The position numbers and the translations under genes were made by a program. A stretch of 64,000 bases of DNA from NCBI GenBank assembly GCA_030390025.1, contig CM059431.1:95482001-95546000 (forward strand). Direction: 5' to 3'. The notes under the pieces were generated by a model. It was not told where the DNA came from, did no database searches, and saw only the letters and a program-made list of their open reading frames with translations. This DNA comes from Squalus acanthias (lineage: Eukaryota). Each line of letters opens with the position of its first letter. Position 1 is the stretch's first letter. Shown one piece after another: positions 1 to 13,765 of this stretch.

Positions 1-1249
1 CCTACTGGAGTTTTTTGAGGATGTAACTGGTAGAATAGATAAGGGAGAACCAGTGGATGTGGTGTATTTGGATTTTCAGAAGGCCTTTGTTAAAGTCCCA
101 CATAAGAGGTTAATGTGCAAAATTAAAGCACATGGGATTGGGGGTAATATACATGAATTGAAAATTGGTTAACAGACAGGAAACAGAGAGTAAGAATAAA
201 TGGGTCTTTTTCGGGGTGGCAGGCGGTGACTAGTGGGGTACCGCAGGGATCAGTGCTTGGGCCCCAGCTATTCACAATATATATCAATGATTTGGATGAG
301 GCAACCAAATGTAATATTTCCAAGTTTGCTGACGACACGAAACTAGGTGGGATTGTGAGTTGTGAGGAGGATGCAAAGAGGGTTCCACGTGATTTAGACA
401 AGTTGAGTGAGTGGGCAAATACATGGCAGATGCAGTATAACGTGGATAAATGTGAAGTTATCCACTTCATTAGGAAAAACAAAAAGGCAGAGTATTATTT
501 AAATGGTGATAGATTGGGAAATGTTGATGTACAGAGGGACCTGGGTGTTCTTGTACACCAGTCACTGAAAGCAAACATGCAGGTGCAGCAGTTAGGAAAG
601 CAAATGGTATGTTGGCCTTCATTGCAAGAGGATTTGAGTACAGGAGCAAGGATGTCTTACTACAGTTGTACAGGGCCTTGGTGAGACCACACCTGGAGTA
701 CTGTGTGCATTTTTGGTCTCCTTATCTAAGAAAGGATATACTTGCCATAGAGAGAGTGCAGCGAAGGTTCACCAGACTGATTCCTGGGATGGCAGGACTG
801 TCGAATGAGGAGAGATTGGGTTGACTAGACCTGTATTCACTAGAGTTTAGAAGAATGAGAGAGGATCTCATTGAAATGTATAAAATTCTGACAGGGCTAG
901 ACAGACTGGATGCAGGGAGGATATTTCCCCTGGCTGGGGGGTCTAGAACGAGGGGTCACAGTCTCAGGATACAGGGTAGGACATTTAGGACTGAGATGAG
1001 GAGAACTTTCTTTACTCAGGGGGTGGTGAACCTGTGGAATTCTCTACCACAGAAGGCTGTGGATGCCAAGTCACTGAATATATTTAAGAAGGAGATAGAT
1101 AGATTTCTAGACACAAAAGGCATCAAGGGATATGGGGAGAGAGCAGGAATATGATATTGAGATAGAGCATCAGCCATGATCATATTGAATATTGGAGCAG
1201 GCTCGAAGGGCCGAATGGCCTACTCCTGCTCCTATTTTTCTATGTTTCT
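1..1249 (+). mobile_element. CR1-clade LINE, 3' part of ORF2 (RT) with 3' UTR and tail; frameshifted
   Basis: ORFs 226-684, 609-824 and 855-1154 contain [25 protein letters not shown] and WNSLP. Ends in a GGGCC..GGCCT stem and ctatgtttcta tail. Confidence 0.95.
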
Positions 1250-1370
1250 AAACTTCCATGACATTTCTTTTGGTGGGGGAGAGGGGAAAATAGTGAGAAG
1301 ATGCATCCTGGACTCCACAATCAGCATCAGCTGAGAGCCTCCTACAAGTCAAAATTAAGAGTAAATTGAA

Positions 1371-2087
1371 GACATAGGAACATAAGAAATAGGAGCAGGA
1401 GTAGGCCATTTGGCCCCTCGAGCCTGCTCCACCATTCAATAATATCATGGCTGATCTTCTACCTCAACTCCACTTTCCTGCACTATCCCCATATCCCTTG
1501 ATTCCCTTAATATCCAAAAATCTTTTGATCTCTTTCTTGAATGTACTCAACAGCCCTCTGGGGCAGAGAATTCCACAGATTCACCACCCTCAGTGAATAA
1601 ATTTCTCCTCATTTCAGTCCTAAATGGCCGACCCCTTATTCTGAGACTGGTTCTAGACTCCCCAGCCAGGGGAAACATTCTCCCTGCATCTACCCTGTCA
1701 AGCCCTGTAAGAATTTTGTATGTTTCAAAGAGATCACCTCTCATTCATCTAAACTCCAGAAAATATAGGCCTAGTCTACGCAATCTGTCCTCATAGGACA
1801 ATCCCCCAAATCCCAGGAACCAGTCTGGTGAACCTTCGTTGCACTCCTTCTATGGCAAGTATATCCTTCCTTAGGTAAGGACTATTTCCGGGAAGTTTTT
1901 TGCGTCTTCTTCCGTGAAGACAGACACAAAGTATTTGTTTAATTTCTCTGCCATTTCCTTATTCCCCATTATGATTTCTCCTGTCTCAGCCTGTAAGGGA
2001 CCCACATTTACTTTTGCTAATCTTTTCCTTTTTACATACCTATAGAAGCTTTTACAGTCTGTTTTTATGTCTCTCGCTAGTTTACTC
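1371..2087 (-). mobile_element. CR1 LINE fragments: 3' end 1371-1872 and internal ORF2 piece about 1880-2087
   Basis: Minus ORFs MRGDLFETYKIL.. and [24 protein letters not shown]; tail acataggaacataag. Confidence 0.9.
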
Positions 2088-2781
2088 CAAAAGGTGCTGC
2101 TAGCCAACATATGCAGAGACACTAGCTATGCCCAAGAGCCAGTTTGGAAACCTGACGGCTGGTTGGGGAACTATAACTTTGAGGCAAGAGGTTCCTGCAT
2201 CATTAGGCATCCTTATGACTAAGAGTTTAGCCATAAAATCTTTGTAAGTAGAAGACAGTACCTAATCCTGAATATGACCTAATTGGTGCCCATCAATAGC
2301 TAGAAGAAGAAACGGCAAAGCCTTAGATACCTCAATGCTTTTTCCTGGTTAGGAGACAATATGGAAATCACTTTCAGCAGTGCTCTTGAAACTCTATCGT
2401 AACCAACTGCCAATCCAATACCCTCAGCAAACCTTTTGAGTGCTTACAGTTTTCAAATTTGAAGTATAAGGACCAACAACCAATTCCCAAAAATGAGAGA
2501 AAAAGAGAGGTCGAGTGATAAGGTACATCACCTGCTTCTTGCAAGACTTGAGTACAAAATATCTGGAGGACTCTCACCCAGTGAATCATGAACATATCTT
2601 GAAGTAGGTAAGTTGAAGGGTGAACAATGAGGATAATCTGAATCAATATCTCGATTAGTGAGTGAGACACATTCTGTGTGGTATCAGAACTTGTGTTTTA
2701 TCAGACAGTATCATGAGGTATTACTGCAATGCATCATCATAAAAATTAGAAAGTAACATGTTCAACAAATGTTGGGCATTC

Positions 2782-2880
2782 AAAATAAAATACAGAAAAT
2801 GCTGGAGCAGGTCTGTTAGTATCTGAAAAGAGAGAAGGTAGGTTAACGTTTTGGGTGTAGCCCCTTCATCGGAAACTGAA
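2782..2880 (-). mobile_element. Degenerate Penelope-type terminal repeat fragment (family B)
   Basis: Similar to 38910-39045 and 52399-52547. The hammerhead-like motif is decayed (CCGATGA..AAAACGTT). Confidence 0.55.
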
Positions 2881-3169
2881 TGATAAGCAAATCCCTTAAT
2901 AGAGTTGAATAATAAAAGGAAAGGGGTTCAAAACAATCAGAGATAAGACATCAATAGGTTGAATGAGCTTTCAAACTGTTTAATACATGATGGATATAAA
3001 AGATGTATAAAATGACGGTTTTCATACAATTATATGATAATTGCATCATTATTATATTGAGGTGTGCTTCCCAACCCAGACCATAGGATTTTAACAATTA
3101 CTGTAACAGTCAGACCACTGAATGTGTGATCACACATTAACACAAAAGATAGTGACAACCACCATTATA

Positions 3170-4166
3170 AGAAACAATATATTTTATTTTATCTTTCAAC
3201 ACCACAGCCCTGGCAAGTGGTTCTGTACCAAAGTTCACGGAGTACACATAATAGTTTAAGATGGGGGAGGAGAAAATAAAAAAGACACAAATAAACCTGG
3301 ATTTTTAATATTCGCTTTCCACTCCCACAGAAAACGTCACTTGGGGTTTATTATAAATGATAAACAATAACATAGGATAAAAATTATACTGCTGCATGGT
3401 ATCATGGCACAACATGAAACAGAAAACGTAACCCAACACTCCACTGTCAACGTGGGATAATGCTTAAAATGAGGTACATCATTTGTCTACTCCCTCCCGA
3501 GTTAGGAAAGTTGCAGAGGTACCAGAGGACAAACAGCTTTTCATAAAAATTTCCATAGTCCATGGTTTGTCCAATGTATAGAACAATGAAAATTCTTATT
3601 TGACTTAATAACTTGCCTTTTTGTGCTTTTTTGTTAATATTTTTCTGTCAGAGATTGTAATTTGGTTTAATATATACTGGAATTGCAAAAGATTTTTTTT
3701 TAAAAAGGCATATAACAAACATGAACACGTAAACAGGACTGATGCTTTGGGAATCATGATGCTCACCTCCCTCAAACACGAAGTCACAGTTGAAATCCTT
3801 TTACAATGTAGTACAATACACAATGAGAAAAAGGTTCTGGAGAAATAGTCCACAAAAGTAAACATAAACGGGTGCAACTTGCAATGAACTGCGAGCCACA
3901 TATTATGGGTGCAGTTTTCAGAAGTGGGAGCTAAACATGCTACCCAGGTTCACTAGATATGATTAAAAACCTAAAAACCACTGACCTAGCAATGCAAATT
4001 TCATTTTGAAGACTCTTGTACATTCTAAACTTTCTCAAGCTTTGTTTTTTGTATGAACAGTTATCAGTTTGTCTTGCACATGCACAGAAATCCTAGTGCA
4101 TTTCAAACACCTCTGTATGTGTCGCAGCATAAGGACAACTTTTCCAACTCTAATGTCTGTAAGCAG
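3170..4166 (-). other. BCL9: Probable BCL9 3' UTR
   Basis: TE-free, AT-rich unique sequence between the stop codon and the AATAAA. Confidence 0.55.
3183..3188 (-). promoter_or_regulatory. Candidate BCL9 polyadenylation signal (AATAAA)
   Basis: AATAAA on the minus strand about 1 kb past the stop, followed by GT/T-rich sequence. Confidence 0.5.
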
Positions 4167-5308
4167 CTAAAACATCATATTCCCTGGATTGCCTGGTCCT
4201 TGATTAAATCCCATGCCTATGTCAGCAGCCATACCTCTAGGCCTCATTTGGGGTGGAATAATCATATTCTGCTGAGGTCCCACCATCCCTTGTAGTGACA
4301 TCATCATGTTGTGCTGAGGAGAGCCTACTGGGCCAGGATGACTGTACATACTTCCAGGGATTCTTTCCTTTCCTTGAATCATAATTGCATTTGGGTTGTT
4401 CATCTGTGAGGGCATGCCACCTTGTGGCGGTGACATTATCCGATGCTGAGGACCCATCATGCTTTGATGCATAAAGCCAGATGGTCTCATGGGATTATGT
4501 CCTGGCATAGAAGCAGGATTACCCATGCCCATTTCCTGCATGCCAACATTATGTCCTCCCACATTAGGCATAGTTAATCCCATTCTGGCTGGATTTGGTT
4601 CTCCCATCAATCCTTGCATGTGTGAAAAACCAGGATTGGGAACTTGTAGCTGCTTGCGACCCTGAGCATCACCATGGGGAAAATATTGCAGCGTCTGGCT
4701 AGGCTTCTCTGATGGAATGATTCTGGACAGGTCAAATTCAGGGATTCCAGAAGCACCAGGGCGGATGACATCCTGCAATTCAGGGTCACTGTAGACTCGA
4801 GGCATGTTATTTCCCATAGCAGTGAAAGGGTCTGAAACACCTGGTGGCACTGATTTACAAAGACTTTGGTCTGGAGAAGGCCGAGTAATGTTATTCGGAC
4901 GCCCAAGTATTCCTCCTTCCCCAGAAAAAGCCATTCCAGGTGGAAAACCTCCCTGCGGGCCAGGGCCATTTGATGGAAAGGGAACTTGATGAGGTGGTGA
5001 CTGCACTGACGGGAAAACTTGTTGTCCTTGAGGAAAACCCATGCGTCCTTGATGTAACATCTGTGGATTAGTCATTGATGGGTCCTGGGTACTGTGTGGC
5101 ATCAAGGGACCATGAGCTATCATGCCGGGTCCCATAGGGCCATGTGATGAAATGTTAGGCCCCATGGGATTTGGAGAAGAAATTTGGTTTCTCAGATGAT
5201 GAGAAAGAGGCTGTCCTCCAAGAACATTCATTCCCATTGGGCTCAGAGATGTCATTTGTCCAGCTGAATTAGGGACCGACAATCGTGGTTGGTTTAGATG
5301 ACTGACAC
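4167..5308 (-). CDS. BCL9: BCL9 Wnt/beta-catenin coactivator, terminal coding exon
   Basis: Contains VIRPGASGIPEFDLSRIIPSEKPSQTLQYFP and ends GPGNPGNMMF*, matching the vertebrate BCL9 C-terminus. Acceptor tttctgtttacag|GT, phase 1. Confidence 0.95.
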
Positions 5309-6946
5309 CTGTAAACAGAAACAAAGCAAACCTTCAGCATTCACTTTTTTATAGTTGGACAGACATAAAACAAGGTACAAGAATGATGTGAGATGTACAG
5401 ACCAGCTTTCACCACCATTTCCCTCCTTTATTACTTCAGTACTTGCAAGTTTAAAGATCCTAAAGTACTTCAGAAGTTTAACTGTAGTTAAATTGAATTT
5501 TGGCAGCATCCTACACTAAGAGGTTAATTACTCTTCAGCTTGTATTTCCTGTAAATGAGTTGGAGAATGATAAAGACAGCAGGTGCATTTGTAAGGTGAG
5601 GGAGAGAGATGTTTAGCTACAGGAGATCAGAGAGATGATTTGAAGGAACAAAGCCAAGCAAGAGAGGCAACAGAATGAGTGGATCGGATGTTCAGAGTAG
5701 GAAGTTGGGAAATTGGAAGAAGGAGGAAGCAGAAAAGAGGAGGAAGCTGGATATCTTGTTGACAGTCCTCTGTCCACTGGGGCTTCCATTCATCTAATGC
5801 CTTCAATAATTCTTCAGATTTTATGAACATACATTTCTAACTCTGCATTTTAGAAAGGGAACAAGTTTTTATTTGGGAAAATTCTGGCATTTTGAAACTG
5901 CTTCCAAAATGTTAATGGAGGCTCTCAGATCTCCCTGTGCCATTAATAGCTAAGTCCTTTTTACAAATTGTGTCGAACATCATTCCCAATAGTAAAGTCA
6001 GATTAAATTAATATTAAAACCTGCACCAAAAGCTTCAGCTACAAGAAAAAAATAAAGGTTTCCAAAAATCACTAAAAAGAAAACTTTGGCTGGCAGTAAT
6101 ACTGAAGTGCTAAATATGAGCTTGCTGAAAACATGCCAACTTACAAGCTGTTCTGATTTGGGAGACGTCTGTATTATATTTTTAATGTTATAAATTTACA
6201 GGCGAATTATGCTTCTGAAACAACTACAGTTAAGGTGAAAGTCATGCTTCTCTATTAAACTTCAAAATGGAGACAGGATCCAGGGTGGGAATGTTGATGT
6301 TTAGAGCCGGCGGGAGCGGGGAGGCCTGGTGAAGCACGAGCCCCGGGGAGAGATCGGACTCTGGGGGGGGTCTGAGGGTTCGATACCTCACTCACACAAG
6401 ATAAGGGTACAAGCTTCAGTTTATAAGCAGATCTGGACTCCTATGAAGTCTACCTCTCTATTTTGATTGCAAGGTAAAAAGGTGCAAAAAGCCCAAATCA
6501 TAACTCAAACATTATATTTGCACTCTACTACTTCACCTAAAACATCAACAATTCACATTTCTCTAACCTCCATACATTTATTATTTTGTAAGTAAATTTT
6601 CAACAAAAAGAAAAAGTATCTTTTTGAAATTCTAAATGCAGCCAATATTTTTCACTAGGAAAAAATATATTGGCCGGAATTTTCTTTACCTGGGCGGGGC
6701 CAGTGCGGGTCGTGAGCCTGTTGCTGGCTCCCTCCCGCTCCACAGAATGATTTTACATTAATAGGGCCTATTAAGCCCACCCTGCGCGTTACCCGGCCCA
6801 ATTAAATGGAGCGGGTCTGCTGACGTCATTCATGACTCATTTTCAGCTGGGATCTTTAAAGGGGCCATGGCCACATTACATTTCAAGGTTGATGTAGCAT
6901 AGTGCTGTCAGTGCACTACAGCATTGGAGTGCTGCAAACACTGACA

Positions 6947-8440
6947 ATGACTGCACAGAATCAGAGGGCTGCATCCAGGTTCTCCGATGACTCCCTCCAT
7001 ATGCTTATGGAGGGAGTCAGAGCATGCAGGGAGGTCCTCTTCCCTTTCCAATGGGTGGAAGAGACCTCCCCAACAGACCAAAACAATCTGGTTGGAGATT
7101 GCAGAGGAGGTCAACAGCAAGGATGTGGTCAGGAGGACCTGGGTGCAGTGCTGAAAACATTTCAATTATCTCATTAGATCAGGAAAGGGGAGTACAAAGC
7201 CACACTCAACTTCATCCTGCTGTGCCTCTCATCACATCCCCATCACTCTGCCTTCCCAACCCTACTCCTGCACATCCTTACTCACACCAACTTACCTTGC
7301 ACGTCCTCCCATCCCTCTCTCTCTATCTACATTATCACATCCCCATCTCACTAGCCACCCCTCACACTCACCCTCATCCTAATGCAATCATACCAACTAA
7401 CAACACACAAGGAGGCCACTTGGCTTTGCCACCCCACTCCATCATAGTCTCCCTCTAAAGATGTAACCCATCCATTCCTTACACTCATTCCATCACTCTC
7501 ACTCAAACTTCTCTTCTTTCCCTCCTTGCAGGAGAAGAGAGCCCAAAATAAGAGGGAGAGGAAGAGAATTGGAAATGGCCCTCCATCATTTGCAAACCGT
7601 ACAACAGCAGAGGAGGCTGCTTTAGAAATATCTGGAGTCGCCGAGCAGCTGGAGGTGGGAGACAGAGAGAGGGGAAAATCTCAGCAACCTGGTGACAAAA
7701 TTACATATCATACAGCTACATGGCATACATCAGTCATTCATATGGGGACTGATGTCAGCAGCCAGTGAATGGTCATCATGTGCATAATGATATCTGTACC
7801 CAATCTTCATATGACATATCTAACTCATCTCTTTACTCTCCCACAGGTCCATCAAGAGCCCCTTGCTCCCCCCCCCCACCCACTGTCCAGGAGGAAGAGG
7901 AAGACGACTCCTCATAGGAGCCTCCGGCCTCTGAGGGAGCACCGTCACCAGACATAAGTGCACCCAGCACCAGCGTAGATACACACACCTGGGTGGGTCC
8001 CACACGAGATAGAATAGTGTTGTCACCTGGTGAACAAGAGCAGATGGTGGAGACAGGGACAGCAGTGGAGAGTCCTCGCTCTGCTCCACTGCATGTAGAC
8101 GCTGAGCCATCCAGAAAGAGGGCGATCCTGGAGGTGCAGCAAGAAGTGCAGGGGGCTTTGACAAGTTTTGTGAGCCCGATGTCTGCAAATGTTCAGAGAA
8201 TGAAGGAGTCCATCTCCAACATGAGCACCACTGTGTCGTAGGTGATGGCGACTGTAAGCTCCTCCATGGAAAGGATGACCACCTACATGGAGCAGCAAAT
8301 GCACCACTCACAGGAGCACATGGTCTCTATGGAGAATAGATGGCTATCTATGGAGGATAGAAGGCAGAGGCTCGTACACCTTCTCTCTAGGAGGGCTGTC
8401 AGCGTAGACGTGGGTCTGCATGGCCTCACTGATGTGCAGC
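6947..8440 (+). pseudogene. Harbinger Myb/SANT-like DNA-binding gene remnant (3 exons)
   Basis: MTAQNQRAASRFSDDSLHMLMEGV..WLEIAEEV..RTWVQC, then exon 2 EKRAQNKRERKRIGNG; stops and frameshifts. Confidence 0.8.
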
Positions 8441-8447
8441 AAGATAC

Positions 8448-8931
8448 AAGGTGCAGAGGAGATTCACCAGGATGTTACCTGGGCTGCAGCGCTTCAGCTA
8501 TGAAGAGAGACTGGACAGGCTGGGGTTGTTTTCCTTAGAGCAGAGAAGGCTGAGGGGGGACCTGATTGAGGTGTACAAAATTATGAGGGGCATAGATAGG
8601 GTAGATAGAAAGGAACTTTTCCCCTTAGTAGAGGGGTCAATAACCAGGGGCATAGTTTCAAGGTAAGGGGCAGGAGGTTTAGAGGGGATTTGAGGAAAAA
8701 CTTTTTCACTCAGAGGGTGGTTGGAATCTGGAACTCACTGCCTGAAAGGGTGGTAGAGGCAGGAACCCTCACAACATTCAAAAGCATTTAGATGAGCACT
8801 TGAAGCGCCATAGCACACAAGGCTACGGACCAAGTGCTGGAAAATGGGATTAGAATAGACAGGGCTTGATGGCCGGCGCAGACACGATGGGCCGAAGGGC
8901 CTCTTTCTGTGCTGTATAACTCTATGACTCT
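8448..8931 (+). mobile_element. 5'-truncated CR1 3' end nested in Harbinger A
   Basis: QRRFTRMLPGL..RLRGDLIEVYKIM; ctctatgactct tail. Confidence 0.9.
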
Positions 8932-9339
8932 ACTCTCCAGCTCCTTGGCAACAGAGAAGTGAGCTGGCTGCCTCTACCTCTGCTGAAGCCACAGGGCTAG
9001 CACCTCGTAGAAGCACGTGGGAGAGAAAGATGACGCACAGGTAGATTCACAAGTGTAGCCAGTTGGGTGTTTTATCCAATGTTTATATCAAGTTTCCGTT
9101 AATGTGCTGTCAAACATAAAAATCTTTATTTTCACCACTTTCCTGTCTTGGACCCATTTGTGTGCACGTTTGGAAGTGGCTTAGTGAATTTCAGTGAATG
9201 ATGAGACATAACGGTACCTCCAGCAATGGTGGTGAGTGTGAAAGGAATGGCTTGGTCATTGCAGGGATGCTTTCTAGTGTTGGTGTGAGGTGGTGCCAAC
9301 CTGGTGCATCGTGTGGCAGCCATATGGGTGTACAGCTTC

Positions 9340-9545
9340 AAGTGAAGTAAATCTGGCCATGATGAGGCTATCCTTGGCCTCCCGGGCAGCAATGTGCTCG
9401 GGTGCTGATGCCCTGTGTCCTGTGCAGCATCAGGTGAGTGCGGAGAAGGTTGGTGTTGTTGTTGGTGCTGCTGGTGCAGCTGATGTTGGGGCTCATCGTG
9501 GTCCGATTCTGAGGACCAAGGTGAGACAGTATAAACGGCGCCCAT
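9340..9545 (-). pseudogene. Harbinger transposase remnant with the catalytic core deleted
   Basis: N-terminal ..PDAAQ..HQ block resembles element B and is joined near 9397 to HIAAREAKDSLIMARF, comparable to the element B C-terminus [13 protein letters not shown]. Confidence 0.7.
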
Positions 9546-10574
9546 GTTGATAGAATAGATGGCAGGTGAAGTACAGATGACAGAAGCATTCTGTCAATGG
9601 TGAGAGAGGTTCTTCCAATGTGGTGACACTGGATGGAGACTTTGCTGGAGAGACTTGCAGCCTGCAGAATCTGTGCTAGGAATGCAGTGAGCAACAGCTC
9701 CTGCCTGAGGAAAGTGATCAGCTGTCAGGTGGGAGCTTTTACTGTACATTTCCTGCTGTCAACTAATCAGCTGGAGCAATGGCCACTCAACTCCCGCCTC
9801 AGGTTGACAGATGTGGTTCCCGAGCAGTGTGGTTCCCGTGGCCATCCAGGTCAATTTAAAATGTAGGGGGAAAAAGGCTCTTAAGTGTCTGTAAACAAGT
9901 TATAATGATTTCAATTAGGTTGCCCGCCTGTGCCAGTCGGGTCGCTGCCGCACCAGCAAACACGCCCGACGGAAAGACGCGTGGGGGCGGGATGATGGCG
10001 GATTTCTGACCCGCTCCCACTTTGTTCAAATTTCCCACCCGACCTGCCTCCGATCGCGCCCGCATGGACCCCAGAAAATTCCGGCCATTGTCTCGACTGA
10101 CAAGGACTAATAATGGCAATACATTTCTTAAAAATGCAGTCATATGAAGTTTAGGGTGAAATGTGGATATTATAAACATCTGCAGATGTTAAATTAGTCA
10201 TTTCAAATGGACATTTTACAAACAAGAGCAATACCACTAATTGCCTACAGGTGGCACACGTGTCTTGTAAAATGAGCCATCTGCAGGAAATTGGTGGGAA
10301 AAGAAAAAACTTGAATTAACGTAGCATTATATCACATACTCAGAACAATCCATGGTGCATCAGAACCAATTCATTACTTTTTCCAAGTGCAATCACTGCT
10401 GTTATGTTGGGAAACAGGTTAGCTAACCTGTCTATTATGTGGACAAACAGTGATGAGAAAAATACCAATTAATCTTTTTATTTGGTACTGTTTAACAGTA
10501 GCCAGTATTCGATTCCATTTTTTGTCATATTTGCATGATTTAATTTCTAGGATGGAAAGTTCACTGGGTCATCA

Positions 10575-10660
10575 GTGCCAGCTCAGCTCAGCTGGTAGCA
10601 ACCATTTGAATCAGAAGGTTGCAGTTTCAAGCCCAACTACAGGACTTGAACAAAAAAATC
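10575..10660 (+). mobile_element. tRNA-derived SINE head, degraded
   Basis: A-box-like agctcagctggtagc and B-box-like ggttgcagtttcaagccc. Confidence 0.55.
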
Positions 10661-10988
10661 CCATCCATAGTTGCCCTGAGAAGGTGGTGGTGGGCCTTCT
10701 CCTTCAACTGCTGTAGTCATATGCTGATGATGGTTAAATGATTGTGTTCAGGGAGGGAATTTCAGGATATTTACTTAGTGACAATGTGCAGGTCAAGATG
10801 ATGCGTGACTTGGAGGCGAATCACAAAATCATAGAATGATACAGCACAGAAGGAGGCCTAATCTTTGAAAGAGCTATCCAATTAGGCCCACTACCCTGCT
10901 CTTTCCCCATAGCCCTGCAAATTTTTCCCCTTCAAGTATTTATCCAACTCCCTTTTGAAAGTTACTATTGAATCCACTTCCACTACCT

Positions 10989-11025
10989 TTACCTGACGAA
11001 GGAGCAGCGCTCCGAAAGCTTGTGA
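10989..11025 (+). ncRNA. Minimal type I hammerhead ribozyme motif
   Basis: TTAC-CTGACGA-A-GGAGC-AGC-GCTCC-GAAA-GCTT-GTGA. Confidence 0.75.
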
Positions 11026-11115
11026 TTTCAAATAAAACTGTTGGACTATAACCTGGTGTTGTGCGACTTCTCACTTTTGTCCACCCCAGTCCAACACCAG
11101 CATCTCCGCATCATG
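10991..11115 (+). mobile_element. Short Penelope-type insert (family A) carrying a hammerhead motif
   Basis: Interrupts a CR1; TSD ACTACCTTT at 10982-10990 and 11116-11124. Confidence 0.8.
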
Positions 11116-13066
11116 ACTACCTTTTCAGGCAGTGCATTCCAGATCATAACAACTTGCTGCATAAAAAATTCTCATCTTGCCTCTGGTTCTTTTGCCAATT
11201 ACTTTAAATCTGTGTCCACTGGTTACTGAGACTTCTGCCACTAGAAACAGTTTCTCCTTACTTACTCCATCAAAACCCTTCATGATTGTGAACACCTCTA
11301 TTAAATTTCTCCTTAACCTTCTCTGCTCTAAGAACAACCCCAGTTTCTCTAGTCTCGCCACGTAACTGAAGACCCGCATCCCTGTTACCATTCTAGTAAA
11401 TCTCATCTGCACCCTCTCTAAGCCCTTGACATCCTTCCTAAAGTGTGGAGTCCATAAATGGACAAAATACTCCATCTAAGGCTTAACCAGTGCTTTATAA
11501 AGATTTAGCATAACTCCCTTGCTTTTGCCTCTGTTTATAAAGCCAAGGATCTCGTGTGCTTTTTTAACAGCCTTCTCAACTTGCCCTGCCACCTTCAAAG
11601 ATTTGTGAACATACACCCCCAGGTCTCTCTGCTCCTACACCCCTTTTTAAAATTGTATCATTCAGTTTCTATTGCCTCTCCTCATCCTTCCAATAAAATG
11701 CATTGCTTCACACTTCTCTGTGTTAAATTGCATCTGCCATGTGTCTGCCCATTTCACCAGTCTGTCTATGACCTGCTGAAGTCTGTTACCATCCTCCTGA
11801 CAGTTTACTACATTTCTGAGTTTCATGTCATCTGCAAATGTTGAAATTATGCCCTGTATACCCAAGTCCATTAATATACATCAGAAAGCCCAGTGGTCCT
11901 AATACCGACCCCTGTGGTACACCACTGTACACTTCCCACCAGTCTGAAGAACAGTCGTTCGGTCTCTTAGCCAATTTCATTTCCATGCTACCACTGTCCC
12001 ATTAATCCCATAGGCTTCAGTTTTGCTAACCTGTCTATTATGTGGTATTTTATCAAAAGCCTTTTGAAAGTTCATATGCACAACATCAACCGCACTACCT
12101 TCATCAACCCTCGCCGTTACTTCATCAAAGAACTCAATTAAGTTAGTCAGACACGATTTACCTTTAACAAATCCATGCTGGCTGTCATTTATTATCCCAT
12201 ATTTTTCCAAGTGACAATTAATTTTGTCTCGACTTATGGTCTCTAAAAGTTTCCCCACCACTGACGTTAGGCTGACTGGGCTGCAGTTGCTGGGTTTATC
12301 CCTCTCCCCTTTTTTGAATAGGGATGTAACATTTGTAATCCTCCAGTCCTCTGGCACCACTCCCATATCTAAGGAGGGTTGGAAGATTGTGGTTAAAGCC
12401 TCTGCTATCTCCACCCTTACTTCCCTCAGCAACACAGGATGCATCCCATCCAGAGCAGGTGACTTTCCTACTTTGACCTCTGCCAACCTATTTAATACCT
12501 CCTCTTTATCTATTTTGATCCTATCCAATTTCTCTATTACCTCCTCCTTTACTGTGACATTGGCAGCATCCTCTTCTTTAGTGAAGACAGATGTAAAGTA
12601 CTCATTTAGTAACTCAGCCATGCATTCTGTCTCCACAAGAAGATCTCCTTTTTGGTCGCTAATCAACCACACCCTTCCTTTGACTACCCTTTTACTATTT
12701 ATATGTTTATTAAAGACTTTTTGGTTCCCTTTTATGTTACCCGCTATTCTAATCTCATGTACTCTCTTTGCCCATAATTTCCTTTTTCAGTTCTCCTCAT
12801 ACTTTCTGTATTCAGCTTGTGCTTGCACAATCCACTGTAAACCGAGGGGCTAAATTGTGAACCTTTGCACTGATAGCTATTTATTGTTACTTTCTGTTGC
12901 TGTGCCAACCAATGATAAACACAAAAGTGCCGATTTTATGAATGCAAGCTCCTGGCATGGAGTCTCACTCAGGTGGGAGCATCTATCAGGAAATCAAGGG
13001 CATGCTCTCCACGATTTTCCATCCATTTACAGGAGTGCCAGGGAGCATATATTTGTGCAAGATATA

Positions 13067-13407
13067 GGCCCAGAAATTCGAGTCTCCGGCTTGCCGCGGG
13101 GGTAAGGATCACGCGCGCTCTTACCTACCGCGCCTGCCGTTGTGTTTTGGGCCCACGGGAACTTCGGGTCCTGGGCCTGTTCCAACTGCCGGCGCGCAGT
13201 GCTTGCGTGTCCCAGGGGCGCAGTTAGTGCGATGCGACCCCTGGGATCACGTGGGCCATGGAGAGCCAATGGCAGCAGACCATCTTTCATTCATAGATTT
13301 GACAGGAGACCTGTCAAATCTGTGAATTGAAATCGGCCCCAAAAGAACAGCTAAACTTAAAATAAATTTTTAAAAAACCATCACATTTAGGGCCGAATTT
13401 TTGGGCC
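13067..13407. mobile_element. Harbinger-type MITE family M2, internally deleted copy
   Basis: Ends GGCCCAGAAATT / AATTTTTGGGCC; homologous to the left half of 13766-14466. Confidence 0.75.
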
Positions 13408-13765
13408 ATCGGCTAAAAGTTTAGAATTTGAACAAATCTTTGAAATAGCAACACAAAGGTTTTTTTAAATTCTTTTTGCCATTTTAGAAAGTGTACTTGG
13501 CCCGAGGGCAGCAACCTCAAACTCCTGTGATTGAGTGATTGGGTTTTTTGTTAAAAAAAAGAAACTCCAACATCAAAGGGACATTTTTATGTTCATATGG
13601 GGAAATTATAACATTTTCAATCAAGGGTTGAGAGGCTGTGGAAAATATTCAGTTCATCATATTTTGTTTTCAGGATGTACTGCCCCTGAAATCTTGCAAT
13701 GCCATGTTATCTATTTCTGTGCACAACTGTAGACTGGAAGTGTGCTTATTGCTGAAACAGTTATC

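Larger units (their letters stand above)
6672..10086. mobile_element. PIF/Harbinger deletion derivative (element A)
   Basis: 14-bp TIR GGCCGGAATTTTCT and TSD ATT on both sides; Myb/SANT remnant on plus, transposase remnant on minus. Confidence 0.9.
10825..12820 (-). mobile_element. Truncated CR1 LINE
   Basis: Minus ORFs 11977-12672, 11662-11871 and 11125-11475 carry RT motifs. Confidence 0.93.
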
